A DNA stretch of 63,867 nt, counting the filler, from Atractiella rhizophila (lineage: Eukaryota): assembly GCA_021432655.1 (NCBI GenBank). It is 4 parts of 3 records of this genome, joined end to end, with 100 filler letters (N's around TTAATTAATTAA, not from the genome) between each part and the next. Parts side by side here need not be neighbours in the genome. Positions count along the whole stretch, not along the records: positions 1 to 16,091 come from MU271520.1; 3 more parts are not named here. One strand, written 5' to 3'. The first letter of the stretch is position 1. Each line of letters starts with the position of its first letter. Both the position numbers and the translations under genes were made by a program. The notes below the pieces were generated by a model. It saw nothing but the letters and a program-made list of their open reading frames with translations. It had not been told where the DNA came from and did not search any database. Shown here one piece after another: positions 1 through 11,919 of this stretch.

Positions 1-3000
1 GCTCTTCGTTTCGCTTCCTGCTTTTCAGTGCGCCAGCGCGGGAGTGGACCGTCTTTTTCGTCTGATCGTAAAATGGCACGGATTCGTCCTTCGTCGCACC
101 CGATAACGCTCGAGAGCGGTGTGCGTTCCAGAATGGGAAAACGTTCCTTGCCTTTCCCAATGCTGTGACTTGACAAGCTGTACGCCTATGAGAACATAAA
201 GTTAGAATAGTGGAAAGATGACGAGTAGCGAGGGTACCTGAGCAAGGAGGTGCACTGCAGCACGAGTCTTTTTGGAGATTGGAGGTAGGGATAAGGACTC
301 TTTGCCTGGTTCGAGCATAAGCCAATCCCTGATTTGTTGATTGATATTGCGAAGGTCATCGAAGGCCATGCTCTAGTTTTTGTCTTTCTTTTGCACTCTC
401 GAACTGGCATCCGCATCCGCTGCCCGATCGGCTGCACGTTTCCTCTTAATCTCGCCTTTTTTATGACGGTCAGCCTCCCATTTAGCTTGCAGTTCGTCCG
501 CAAAAACATCCTCTGATGTGAATTGAGGAGCTTGTTTTTTACGTTCTATCCCAATGCTCAACCAGTGCTTTTCGTCCAAGTAGAGGCTTACTTGGACCGC
601 CACCGAAGAATGGATCATCTTTGAAACGAACGGATATCTCCTCGCGAAGAGCATTAAGAAGGAGTGCATTCTGCTTTTTCTTGCCTTTTGAGCCTCCTTC
701 CAACTTCTATTGAAAACTTTTCAGAAAATACAATGGTAGAATACTGTAGAGGAGACGTACCTCCATCATCTCTAGCTCCTCCGCTAAAGCCCCAAATTCG
801 TCGAAAGCATTGAACGCCTCCACTACTTCCCTTTCCCCTACAGAGTATTCAAGGTCAACCTCTCGCTGTTTCCCTTTCGCCTTCTTGCGCTCCATCACCA
901 CGTCTGGATCCTCCTCATCGCTTGGCATCTCATCGACGTCCACCAACATGGACTCGTCGTTCGCAATCGCAGCTTCTCCATCACTATCACTATCGGAATC
1001 GCTGCTTGTGTGCCAACCTTCGGCATCTTCTTGCTCTTCGTGTGCGGCACCAAGTTGTTCCTCAACTTCTAGGTCGTACATGGACTGTTGGTTAGTCCCC
1101 AGTGTCTCAACGATTCGCTTCAATGGTTCAACGTCAACCATTCTGTCCGCATTGGCTGATCCTCCCGTTGAATCTTCTCCGTCACCTATGTTCTGAAGGT
1201 AGTCCTCCAAAGCTGCATCACGAGCGGATTGCTTTGCTTTCTTTACTTTAGAATGAGACTCTTCACGTCGAACTACAACGGAAACGTCGTTCTCGTCATC
1301 TGACGGACCGGAAGGTGGTCCATTGGAACCCCAATCGAGGTCGCTGTCATCTTCTCTGGGTGCCAAATCAAAGGATTTCCTCCTCTTCCCATGGCCCTCC
1401 TGCTTACGCTTCCCCTTCTTTGAGAAATTGTTCTCCTCTCTCCTCTCCCTCTTCTTTTCCCTCCTCTTCTGCTTTTTCTCTGCCCTTCGCTGCTGCTTAA
1501 GCGCTTTCTTCGACTTTATCAGAGGTGGTTTAGATGACGCTTGGGTCACCGAAGTGCTTCCGGGGATGTCGAGAAACATGGTTATGTCTTCTTCGATTTT
1601 GATGATTCCACCGGGACCCGCAACTGCTTCCACGCGAGGAGAAGTAGAAGGTGGTGTGACAGTAATCTTTGGAGGAGCTTCCGTCTGAGGTACAGGGAGT
1701 GAACTCGAGTCAGGTAGTCGTGAAAGAGATGGGGGAACGTAAACGACATTATCATCTTCGTCATCGCTGCCGTCCGCTCCTCCCTGAAAGGCAGTGGCGC
1801 TCACAGGTTCCAGAGTCGCCACGTTATCCGAGACTTGATCCAACGGTTCCACAACCGTCTTCTCTCCCGTTGCGTCCAAAAAGAATAACTCTTCCTCCCC
1901 AGCGACGCTAATGGACTCATCAGGAGACTGAGAAGTTGAGGAATATTCGATTCTTTGCAGTCCCAGACGTGACGGATGGTGACCATCTTGCGTGTGCTCC
2001 ATTCCAAGTCCCATTCTCCGACGGCCCCCGTCATCCCACACATCCGAATCTCCTCCTGAATCACTTTCTGCGCCCTTCCACTTCCGTAGCCTAGCTACCT
2101 CCTTCGGAAATCTGGGACTCAAAGCTAGTTCGCTCACGGTCGGAGAGTCGCCGACATGCCTTGCCAGCAAATGATGGGTTTTATAGACTAGAGAGATGTC
2201 GGGAGATTGGGGCGGATTATGCGTTGGTGTGTCGATGGAGGACTGTGCTAGAGACGAAGTTGGGGTCGAAGACGATTGCGAATCACTGACCGCGGGAACA
2301 GGTTCCACGGCGTCCACGTCAAGATCGCGGGCAGTAGGATGGATAGATTGCTGTACGATCTGAATGGAGGGTGGGGGAAGAGCGAACGTTCCCTCGATCA
2401 TAGTCTCGTCTCCTTCCACAATATCAGCATCTTCATCCTCTCCATCGCTTTCCTCTCCATCACTAGCCACCTCGACCCTCTTCTCCATTTCCTCAAAAAT
2501 GACCTCCATCCCAGCCTGAACATCCTCAGCTTTCTTAGTCTCAAGCTTTTTCATCGCATTGACCGTCAACTCAGTCGCAGGCACGAAACCGATCGCTTTC
2601 CTAAACTTCGGATTAGAAGCCACAAAAAACTTCGTCGTCCCCATTCCCCGACCTCCTTTCAGCGCAGCGACGGCGGCAGAGCTTCCCAGGCCCGCGCGTC
2701 CTGGACGCACGTCTTGGAATGTCTCTTCTGCTGATGCAGATGCAGACGCTTCTGGCACTGATACTTGTTCTGCAGGTGGCGGGGGAGCGCGCGCAAAAAC
2801 GGATTGGGCAGTGTACGGGTTGTGGGTATAGATTTGGCGACGACGAGAAGGTGGGACGTTGTATCCGGTCGGTGGACGCGGGTTTGGCTCCAGGAGTAGG
2901 AGAGGATCTATCCATTCCCATCAACCGTGTGAGGGAACAGTGGAATGACGGCATGCTCAGAACAAGAGCAAAATAGAACTGAAGTGTATGTAATGTAATG

Positions 3001-4079
3001 TTGCCTATACACGGACGGTTTAATGGGGGTTTCACCAGACCTTGGAATGTAATTGTCCGTTTCAAGTACAATCGCTGAGGAACAAGAGCCAGGAAACTCG
3101 TATAATTCTGACTGTACCAAATAATGTGACAATTGCATGAGGAAACCGATTGTCTCTTGTTGCGTTCTGCAAATGTTGCAGCTCGAAAGAAAACACATAG
3201 ATCATTAGAAGGAAAGGACCTCATTGAAAAGGATGATATGGGTTCTGGAGAAGTGCGTAGGACGATCCTAACACAACCCAACGAGCCAAGTAAATCGTCC
3301 TCGTTTTCGTTTCCCAGAGCACTGCACCACGTTGTACAGACAATGTGGTTGTTGGAAGTTACATTGAGAATGACAATTATTGCTCCTTAGTCTTCTCTGA
3401 GCATGCCTCTCCTTCGGCATGCTCTCCTTCTGACTGCACTGCTGTAGTAAAAGAGACAGAAGAATATGAGAACTACTCTTCGATAGCATGGCGGCTCCCG
3501 CCTTCACAAAAAGCATGCAGATGAAAGATCCAATCCTCAAGTAAACAGCCCAGACATTCCCAATGTATGGAGGGAGGACATCTGAGCTTGCCTTCGACAT
3601 CGAAGCAAGAACAAAAACGCACCTTCGCTGCTATATCCCAACTCCACATTGCCCAACTCGTTCCAATCGACCTCAATTTCCTTCTCCTTCTCCTTCTCCT
3701 TCGCATTCCCCATCCCTCCCAAACCACTTCTCACCTTCTCCCTCTCCCTCAAATCAGCAGCCGAATAATCGAACCCCACAGCCTTCCAATCCCTATTAGT
3801 CCCTCCGCCCCTCCCTCTTCCTCTACCTCCTCTCCCAGACCAACCACCACCACCGCCTCTCCCATTCGTCCAATTGTTCCCAGCTCCCGCATTCACGTTC
3901 ACATTCGCATTGAACGATCCTCCACCCCTCCCACCCCGTCCACGGGGACTCCAATTCCCTCGTGGACTCCCGTTCCCTCGATCTCCCCCGCGTCCATTTC
4001 CGCGACCCCGGAACGTGCGATCGGGAGTTGAGGTGCCGCGTGGTGAGGATCTACCTCTGGATGAGCCGCGAGGGGGCAT
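1..4079 (-). CDS. SQS1: Sqs1/Pfa1-like R3H (usually G-patch) RNA-processing protein; 3' end runs off the window
   Basis: RGG-rich exon 4079-3623 splices in frame over a 715-nt intron (3622-2908) into a long acidic exon. Later exons give ELQAKWEADRHKK and the R3H domain DLRNINQQIRDWL..SLSLPPISKKTRAAVHLLAQ/AYSLSSHSIGKGKERFPILERT. One in-frame TAG at 373-375 is unexplained. Confidence 0.75.
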
Positions 4080-4355
4080 TTTGGTCGGTTATACAGATAC
4101 AAAGAAAAGATATAGGTAGGAATACAGAAGCGAAAGAAGTAGCTTTTAAAGGGAAGCGAAGCTAAGCTGATGAGTCGAGTCGGTCGTTTGAGATCACTGC
4201 TCCCGAATCCCGTGACTGGATTCGATCATGTAACAAACAGAACGACCAAATCTCACTCCACCACCGTTGTCTTGTAATTTTACTGCAGGCTATATACGGA
4301 GGAGAAGCAGAACGAGGTATCCGCTACAAAGGAAAGAGCGCAAACAGAACGAAAT

Positions 4356-4649
4356 ATGGACCCGCACGAGGACCAACAAGTTGTGATCCTCAAGCGCATC
4401 CAAACCAACGTCGTCCGTCTCTCCTTCACTTCATCTTCCTTCCTCTTAACAGAGAACTAGGACAAACTTCTATCGGCCACTGTCCACCTCTCCGAAGCGC
4501 TCGCGACGGTGAACGCGTATAACGAGAAGACAGTGGAGGTTGCCGAGTTGTGGAGGAGCTATGGGAGGGGCGTCTCGTTCAATTTAGGGAGGGAAGGGGT
4601 GAAAGGAAAGGGAGAGGGAGGAGTGGGTGAAGAAGTGAAGAAGGTGTAG
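4356..4649 (+). CDS. DAD4: DASH/Dam1 complex subunit Dad4
   Basis: Two exons (4356-4412, 4461-4649; 48-nt GT..AG intron) give MDPHEDQQVVILKRIQTNV/DKLLSATVHLSEALATVNAYNEKTVEVAELWRSYGRGVSFNL, matching the Dad4 pattern. Absent from the ORF track. Confidence 0.85.
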
Positions 4650-5052
4650 AATAGAAGGTGTGTGCTTTTTCCTTATCTAGGTGTGAAGCGGGAGTGAACA
4701 ATGTCTCTCTGTTGTTCGCGGCAGTGGTAGGAGCACGACGCGTTGTATGTGCCAGAAAACCTCAAGGATACTCCCTAAATGCGACGAAGGAAATGTGGAG
4801 CGTGTCTTCCGCTTAGGTTGTTTAACCTGCTGGATTTTGAAGAGCTGTAAAGCAGTTCACCTCATTTCCATTGAGCCGGAAGAAGAATAACATTCATGTC
4901 CAATAAATGGAGCTATCTTTCGCAAATATATTGGCTTCTTTGAAAATTATGATGAAAACGCGTATCTCATTATAAAAAAATTATTGCTGTTCTTCAATGT
5001 CAATAAAGTGAATGATACGAGAGTTGATTATCCATGTTCAAAGATGAAGGCA

Positions 5053-6527
5053 TCAAGGATCAACCAAGAAAGTTGAGACTTGAGTATCCTTTGGAAGATC
5101 CAACATCGTTTTCAAAGTGAGCGCTCCAGACTGCACATCTCTCTTGAAAACCACCACGCTCCACGAAAATTCATTTCCCACAACAAGGAATCCATTGTCC
5201 TCTCCAAAGAAGACCATTCCACGTGGATGAATGCCCTCCGTTCGCATGAACGTTGGCTCCCCGACCGTCGTGGGGCTTGTCAACTTGAAAATCGCGATCG
5301 CGTCCCCTTGAGGATGATCCTCGTCCCTGTTCCCATTCTTTGTCAGCCGTGATGGTTAAGAAGATGGAGATTGGGATTAGAATGTACCGATTAGAGCAAT
5401 AGAGGTATTTGCCATCGTTTGAGAGCAAGATCTCGGCCGCTTGAAGAATTGGAACCACGGCGAGAGGCTTAGCGTTTGGTGGGAGGATAGAGGTTTGAGT
5501 GACGAGAGTGAGGCCGATGGGAGTCGTTTTAGAGACTTCGAAGATGTAGAGCGTGTTGAGGTATTCGTTCAGAAGGTAGAAGACGGAACCTATTTCTTTT
5601 CAGTTTCGCCTGCTTGCTTTGAACTTTCTTGAATACATAAACTTACCGTCTGAAGAAAACACTCCATGTCGTGGTCCGCTCCCTATAGGCGTGATGGGGT
5701 TGACTTTGATGACCTCCCAATTTCCACTCTTGTTCAAAGCGATTTCGTGAACAGCGTCACCTAAGGCACACCCTCTTTTATTTTCGACAAGGAGTCGTTA
5801 ACGCAACGTACCATCTTTGTCGATGATGAACATCGTCCCAGTTGGCGTGTTAAGCGCTTGGTGAGGATGTGATGGTGTGTCCGAGGTGCTGGTGACATTG
5901 AAGGTCTGAATGGTGCCAAAAGCGCTGGCGTCTGAGTTGAGTGGAGCGGCTTGAATTACACCAACTGGGTTTGATGATGAATGTTGAACTGAACGGAATT
6001 TCTCCATCAAGAGGAGAAACCTACATCTGTTTGCAACGATTGCCCATTTTCCTATCGATCTGGATAAGCGATAATTTCAGTGAAAGGTCTGTAGACTAAC
6101 CATCATTTGTAGTCCCTACATGAGCAGGTGTTTCACCTACATCATCACTCCGTTACTACCGTTCACAAATGTAAAGAATGGAAAGAAGCGCACCTCCCGA
6201 AGGAATAGAAGCGATGAGTCTGACGCCTTTTCCATGCGGTTCGAGAATCTGAACCTTTCCTTCCGCCTGATCCGCCTCATCGACGGTGAGGAACCTCGAG
6301 CGTTTCGTCTGCCCTGGCGCTCGAAACGGCTCGAACCAAGCGGGAGCAGAGTTGTTGAACGGAGCGCCGAGCTTTTGGTTGTTTATCAGTTGGAGGTCGT
6401 TCTGCGAGTCGTCGTATTCGAACGTGAGGATTTGGTTGCTGAATGTCCCGGCGTAGATGGTGTATGTCTTCGCAATGGAGGTTGTAAGGAGGAGGGCGAG
6501 AAAGAGGGGACTGGTGCAAGGAAACAT
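5053..6527 (-). CDS. Secreted 7-bladed beta-propeller lactonase (6-phosphogluconolactonase / carboxy-muconate cyclase family)
   Basis: Signal peptide MFPCTSPLFLALLLTTSIA; motifs SHPHQA, GSGPRHGVFS, AAEILLSNDGKYLYCSNR, GIHPRGM; multi-exon. Confidence 0.85.
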
Positions 6528-7038
6528 TTTGTCAATAAAGGTGGCAACTAAGAGTATGAGTGAATGGGATGAGTGTACCATCGTTGCCCTTTTATACTGA
6601 AGTCCTTATTGCTTCAGCCTGCAGTGGGAGAGCGGGAAAGGAGAGTCAGGCGAATGAGCGAGTGCTCAGGAGTCCTGGTGGGTTTGAGCGAAGTGGCGAG
6701 CAGGAGCAACATTGAACGGTGCGCTAAAATAGGCCTCTGGAGGAAGTAGCAAGCTGGAACCCTACTCCATACCATCCTCACAGCTGGTATTAGATTACTT
6801 CCCGCCTTGCTTCGAACCGGGCATATCGGAGCGTTGAGTCTCTTCATTACTAGATGTATTATTGAGCATCAAATGCCTTGTTCAAAGAGAGTGACCACGT
6901 CCGCATGTATTGTACACTGCCCTGCTGGGACAGTGAGCTCATTATCACGGTAGGCGAGCCTGGAGTCTGAGAGGTGTTTCAACATACGATTCTGGTTGCA
7001 AGCCTAAAGCAGAAACACAACCACCCTCGGCCGCTCTT

Positions 7039-8261
7039 CTACTTGCCCTCCTTCTTCCTCTCCATGCCCTCCTTGACTTTCTCTCCCTTCTTCCTCACAA
7101 TCTCTCTCTCCTCCTCGCCCAAGAAACCGACCAAGAACTCCTCTTCCCTCTCGTATTGCTCGATCAGGTCTGTAGGTGGGTTGTCAGACGCCATGAACTT
7201 GTATCGCGCCTCGATTCGACGCGTGATTAATGTTATTAGTGACTTTTGTAGGAACTTGGGCGTTGGTGGAGTTGGTGATTTTTTGGAGAGCGTTTCGAGT
7301 TCGCCGAGGGTGGACTGGATGACAAGGACATTCATTAGAAGGTGGTTTTGTAATACCGAGAGAAAGAGCATGAGAATAATTCTGCAAGATTTTGTAGTTT
7401 AAAAGAAAGTCGACGGAGCGATTTCGGAATGCTCAATACTACTGGACGCTTACGGAGCGCAGAATGCCTGTCTTCTGCGTTCACGCTATTAAGATTGAAC
7501 CTGAAGCTTGAAGGCTTGGCTGGTGCCCTTGCTATTAAGGTAGATTTTATGTATGTTCAAAAGAAAATTGCAAAAAAGGGACAAGAAGCTGTCAACTACT
7601 TTGAGTTTGCGAACTGGCAGTTTAAAACCAGCGCGTCGCGGTTTGAACTGCTTTCAGATGAATGAAAATGAAAATTCAGTTTCAACGTGCTTGTCTTTGA
7701 CGATAAAGCTCTCCATTGCATTTGTTACAGTTGGGAGATGTGCACTGGAGAAAACTGAAGCGAGGTTAATTGTTACAGTACTTCGACTCTCAATTATTGT
7801 AAGGAAAAAGTCAAAAAAAACTTGTGCATGGATAAGACAAGCAGGTATTCAGACAGTGAGTTCCCCACGCGTTAAAAATGCGGATATCAGAGAAAAGGAA
7901 CAGTAGACAAGAGGTGAGGAGGAAAGACGAACACGGAGTACGCCCGTCTTAAACTTGTCCCGTGCCTTCATTCCCTCCTTCAATGCACCCCTCAACCGCG
8001 TCGTCAAATCCTCCACTTCCTCTTTAACAGCTTCTGCTGCCTGTTCAACTTTCTCCCCTGTCGTTGAGGATAGTCGCAGAGGAGTGGAAGAGAATGTTCG
8101 AATGTGGTTCAGCCCAGGACGGGAAAGGGGAATAGGACGAAGCTCAAGGCATTGGCTGGGAGCGAAGGGGCGATTTCGTGCGACAAAAATCGAAGTGCCT
8201 TTTATATAATTAGTACATATATGTCAGCAAAATAATACCTACGTCTCAGAACAGCTTGCAT
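7039..8261 (-). CDS. AIM41: YqeY/GatB-like mitochondrial protein (Aim41-like)
   Basis: Three exons: MQAVLR/RTSIF...RTFSSTPLRLSS (presequence-like)...LRGALKEGMKARDKFKTGVLR, then a 618-nt intron (7932-7315), then STLGELETLSK...DLIEQYEREEEFLVGFL. Confidence 0.7.
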
Positions 8262-8427
8262 CTTTATGCTTTAGAGGCTAATCAAAATATAATAACGAGC
8301 TGCAAGAAATAAGTTCACCAATAACAGGGCGCACGAAGACGCGCGTCGTCGCAAGATGCTCCGATCGTGACACGTCGACTACGAAACCAAACCACTCTTT
8401 CCTTCCTTCCTTCCGAATCCAAGCACC

Positions 8428-11400
8428 ATGCTACTTCCCCTTCTCCTCGCCCTTCTCCCGCTCACCACCTCCCAGCGCGTCCCGGACTTCTCCACCGGTC
8501 GAGGAGCCGGGGGCCAGCGCGTTCCGGCTGCTGCTCAGCTGTACTCAGGCAGAGCGCCGATCGGACGAGAAGCCGCGGGGAACATGGGCTCTGCGCCGCC
8601 CACGACGGCCAACGGATTGACTGATTGGGCGGACGATGTCGCAGCGGAAGGAGGGTGGAATGGAGGAAAGGGGAGTAGAGGAGAGTGGAAGGGAGAGGGG
8701 TGGAGTTGGACTGGTGTCCAGGAGACTAATGTTGATAATTGGGTCTTTCAGGGATTTGGGTGAGTTTTTTCTGTGTCCTCCCACTCTTGGGAGCAATGCG
8801 GGTCTGGAAAATCGCTGTCGGCGTTGTTGCGGTTCTGAAGGCCCCAATAGCCTGACAGTATTTGACACAGAAGCTGAAAGGGCACCATGATATGTCGCCT
8901 TCATTCATGCAAATGCAGAATGAAGTCCCATGTAAACAGATTGCAGTCTCTCTGTCTCATTTATCCTTCAATCCCGCATCGCTCGAGCAACTTGTTCAGT
9001 GCAGCAGAAGCTAAACATTGTATTTCCGTCCTACCAGATTCGTCACGCCTTTGACGTATAAAATCTTCTTTTAGAGGAGTTAAATTCTACTTCTCATTCT
9101 ACAGCATGATAATGAGGGAGAAATATTCAGAGGTAGCCCTTTAGTCCCTCGGAATTTGCCCAGCGCTTTAGTTCCATTTTCCTTACATCGTAAGAAGTTT
9201 CACAGCATGCTGCTTGATCAGCCTCTCGACATCGATATGTGGCGGTTTGATGTGGAACCCAGGCGAAGCCGGAGATTACCTAGAGTTAATGGCAATGGAA
9301 CCTTTCATCTAAGTCAATGTTATTCTTCGTTCCCTCGCTTGAGTAAACTCCGCCTGTCGTAAGAACCAGGAAGCAAGGAGGGGGGGGGGCATTCGTTGAG
9401 GCTAGCATTGCTTGAACAATGTTGCTAAGAGAAACCGAGCCTTGGACTTACGACTTGCAGCCAGATGTGTTGGCGCTCGGTTTGTGGTTCCACAGTGCAG
9501 GAGCATGCCTCGCCTTCTTGCCAATAAATGCCGTAATAGAGTGCTTGAGTCCTATTTTGTTCAATATGCCCATTGCTTGAGTTTCATACTGCCGCTGCAA
9601 TACCAGAAGGTGACATTGTCACCACTCATTTTTCTGGCTTTCTAATACATTTCCTTATCTTGGAGAAATAACTACGTAGCTCTGGTTTCTGGTTCCTATG
9701 TAAAGCGCGATTTTGTCTCGGCATGGATTGAGACAGAACTGAAACTAGAAGCAGCGAGGGAAAGGGATAATTTCCAAACCCGCACCACTGTTGCAGTTCT
9801 ATCTGGATCATTTGCTGCAGCCTAACAGGCTGTTTGACTAAGCTGAAAGGAATATCTTTTTCACCATCATAAGTCTAACATACTTACTTAGCTGCTAGAC
9901 ACCCCGTGGCTCTCCCAAACTCTCTCAAATCCTCTTACTTCCGCCTCCTCAATCCTACTACTTTTGCTGCACGTATGACCCAAGGTGTGCTTTTTCCATG
10001 TTCCTCAGCCGCCCTTAATACTCACCCATCCATCGTGTCCACATAGGGTCGATATACGCAAAACAACCAAGCAAGAGTAAATACTGGGTTGCCGAGTTTG
10101 CTTTCCGTGTAGTGGGTAACGGTATTTGTTTCTTGTTCATCTCCTGATCAACCTTCTTATGAAGCAACAATGGGAAGGCGCAACCCCCTCTGTGCCCCGC
10201 GGCCTCGCTTTCTGGTATACTGCCCGTCCAGCAGTTCCAGCACTTTCCGGCGCGAGCTTTTTCGGTCAAAAACCGCCATTTGAAGGGTTGGGGATCGTCA
10301 TCGATCTCAAGTCTGACAACCAACAAGCTGTCATTTCAGGAGTCATGGATGATGGGACTGGGACGTGGATGAATGAGCAAGGAACGCCCACGTATAGGGA
10401 GAACACGATTGGAGAGGTGCGCCATCGACGTTTCTGGAGGTGGGTGTATATTGAGATTTGGTCTGGCAACAGTGCATGGCAGATCTTCTTTCGTCCCAAG
10501 GCATGATCTGGGTGCGAGTCGCGCATGTGAACAGCACCATCCGGGTGAGTTTTCTTTCGCCCGAACAAAGAATCCGGTTGACAGAATGCAGGTCGATCTT
10601 GACCTTTCAGAAAAGGACGCACCTATAGGGATGACTGCCAGCTCGGGAATGGACCGCGTCTACAGCACGCCCTGCCTCAAAGTAGAGGGGATCGAACTTC
10701 CACCGAACTACTACTCCGGATTCACCGGCTCGTCCCACGACGAGACTGAAACAGGTGGTGGACGAGGATCGAAAATCTCTGGGGTGGACGTTTATCAGTT
10801 CGAGATGACAGAACTCGTCGGAGCAGTGAAGAAGGTCGACCCCTATGCGTATGAGAATATGCAGGAGATCATGAGGCAGAGGGACGAGGCGAGGAAGAGG
10901 TTTAACGAAGTGAACTATGGTGCTCCACAAACCACTGGCAGCGGCGTGAGTTTACGGCCTGCGATAGCTGGCTTATGACTGACGTGGCTTATAATTGGAA
11001 CAGGAGGGCGATGACGCGCTGAGGCAACTACTTCTACAACAAGAACAGATGGATCGCAATATTGCTGCTTTGGCTGGAAGACTCTCCAACGCCGGAGGAG
11101 CTAGTGCGGGAAGCATACACAGCAAAGGTTACGACTTGTACGTCCTCCTTGTCACCCTCTCCTGAAAGAAATAGTAAAACTGACAATATCTCGAACGTTC
11201 AGATTGGATGAACGCATTAAGGGGATTGAACAACGTATCAGTGACGCAATCTCTTCAGTCATCACAACAATCCGAGAGCAGAATCTACACGGACCGCTTG
11301 AAGACAACATTTCTCACGTTGCGCGAGTCGTAAGCGCGTTGGCAGAGGAGCTTCGACTAGTAAAGACTCAAGTTGAGCAATGCAAAGTACGCCGTTCCAC

Positions 11401-11671
11401 TCTCCAATAAGACCGAACAATACTGAATGAGGGCCTTGCTTGACAGAACGACGTAAATCGAGCACAAAGGGATCTCAGTCAGCGTTTGCACGAAAACAAA
11501 CGCACATCAGAGTCGATACAGAAGACGGTAGAAAAAATCAATAAGGATAATGAGGAGCGCCTACAACCAAACAAACTTCTTTTCTTCGCTGTGTTCCTTG
11601 TGCTAGTGTTGGTGGCTGTAGGTTATATCTGGAAGGGGAAGCAGCAGGATGATTGGAAAAAGCTGGTTTGA
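8428..11671 (+). CDS. L-type lectin cargo receptor, Emp46/47-ERGIC-53-like type I membrane protein
   Basis: Signal peptide; WVAEFAFRV, GLAFWYT, FEGLGIVID, LPPNYYSGFTGSS; coiled-coil stalk; C-terminal TM helix and KKxx ending (WKKLV*). First intron 8760-9898. Confidence 0.8.
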
Positions 11672-11919
11672 TTGAAGACTTCTCAGGAGAAGTTTCGGTG
11701 CTGTATCTATGTTGGTAGGTATGTCGGATATCCTCAAAGTGCTCATACTCCTATTCAAACATCGTAAAGATGTGCCTTCATGATTCCCATGCGTTAATAA
11801 GCGTGTGCCTTGGTTTCAAGTCTCAAGATCACATGGCGAATTATAATTGCACATCAAGATATCGTTAACACGAAATTCGAAGGACATAAGATCAGAAATT
11901 GAAGTAGGCGACCAGTTGT

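Noticed and set aside
2613..3600. ORFs within the long SQS1 intron
   Set aside because: Non-protein-like composition, and the flanking exons join in frame without them.
8760..9898. Intronic box C/D snoRNA in the long introns
   Set aside because: No convincing RUGAUGA...CUGA pair with a terminal stem seen by eye; a covariance-model scan is needed to exclude it.
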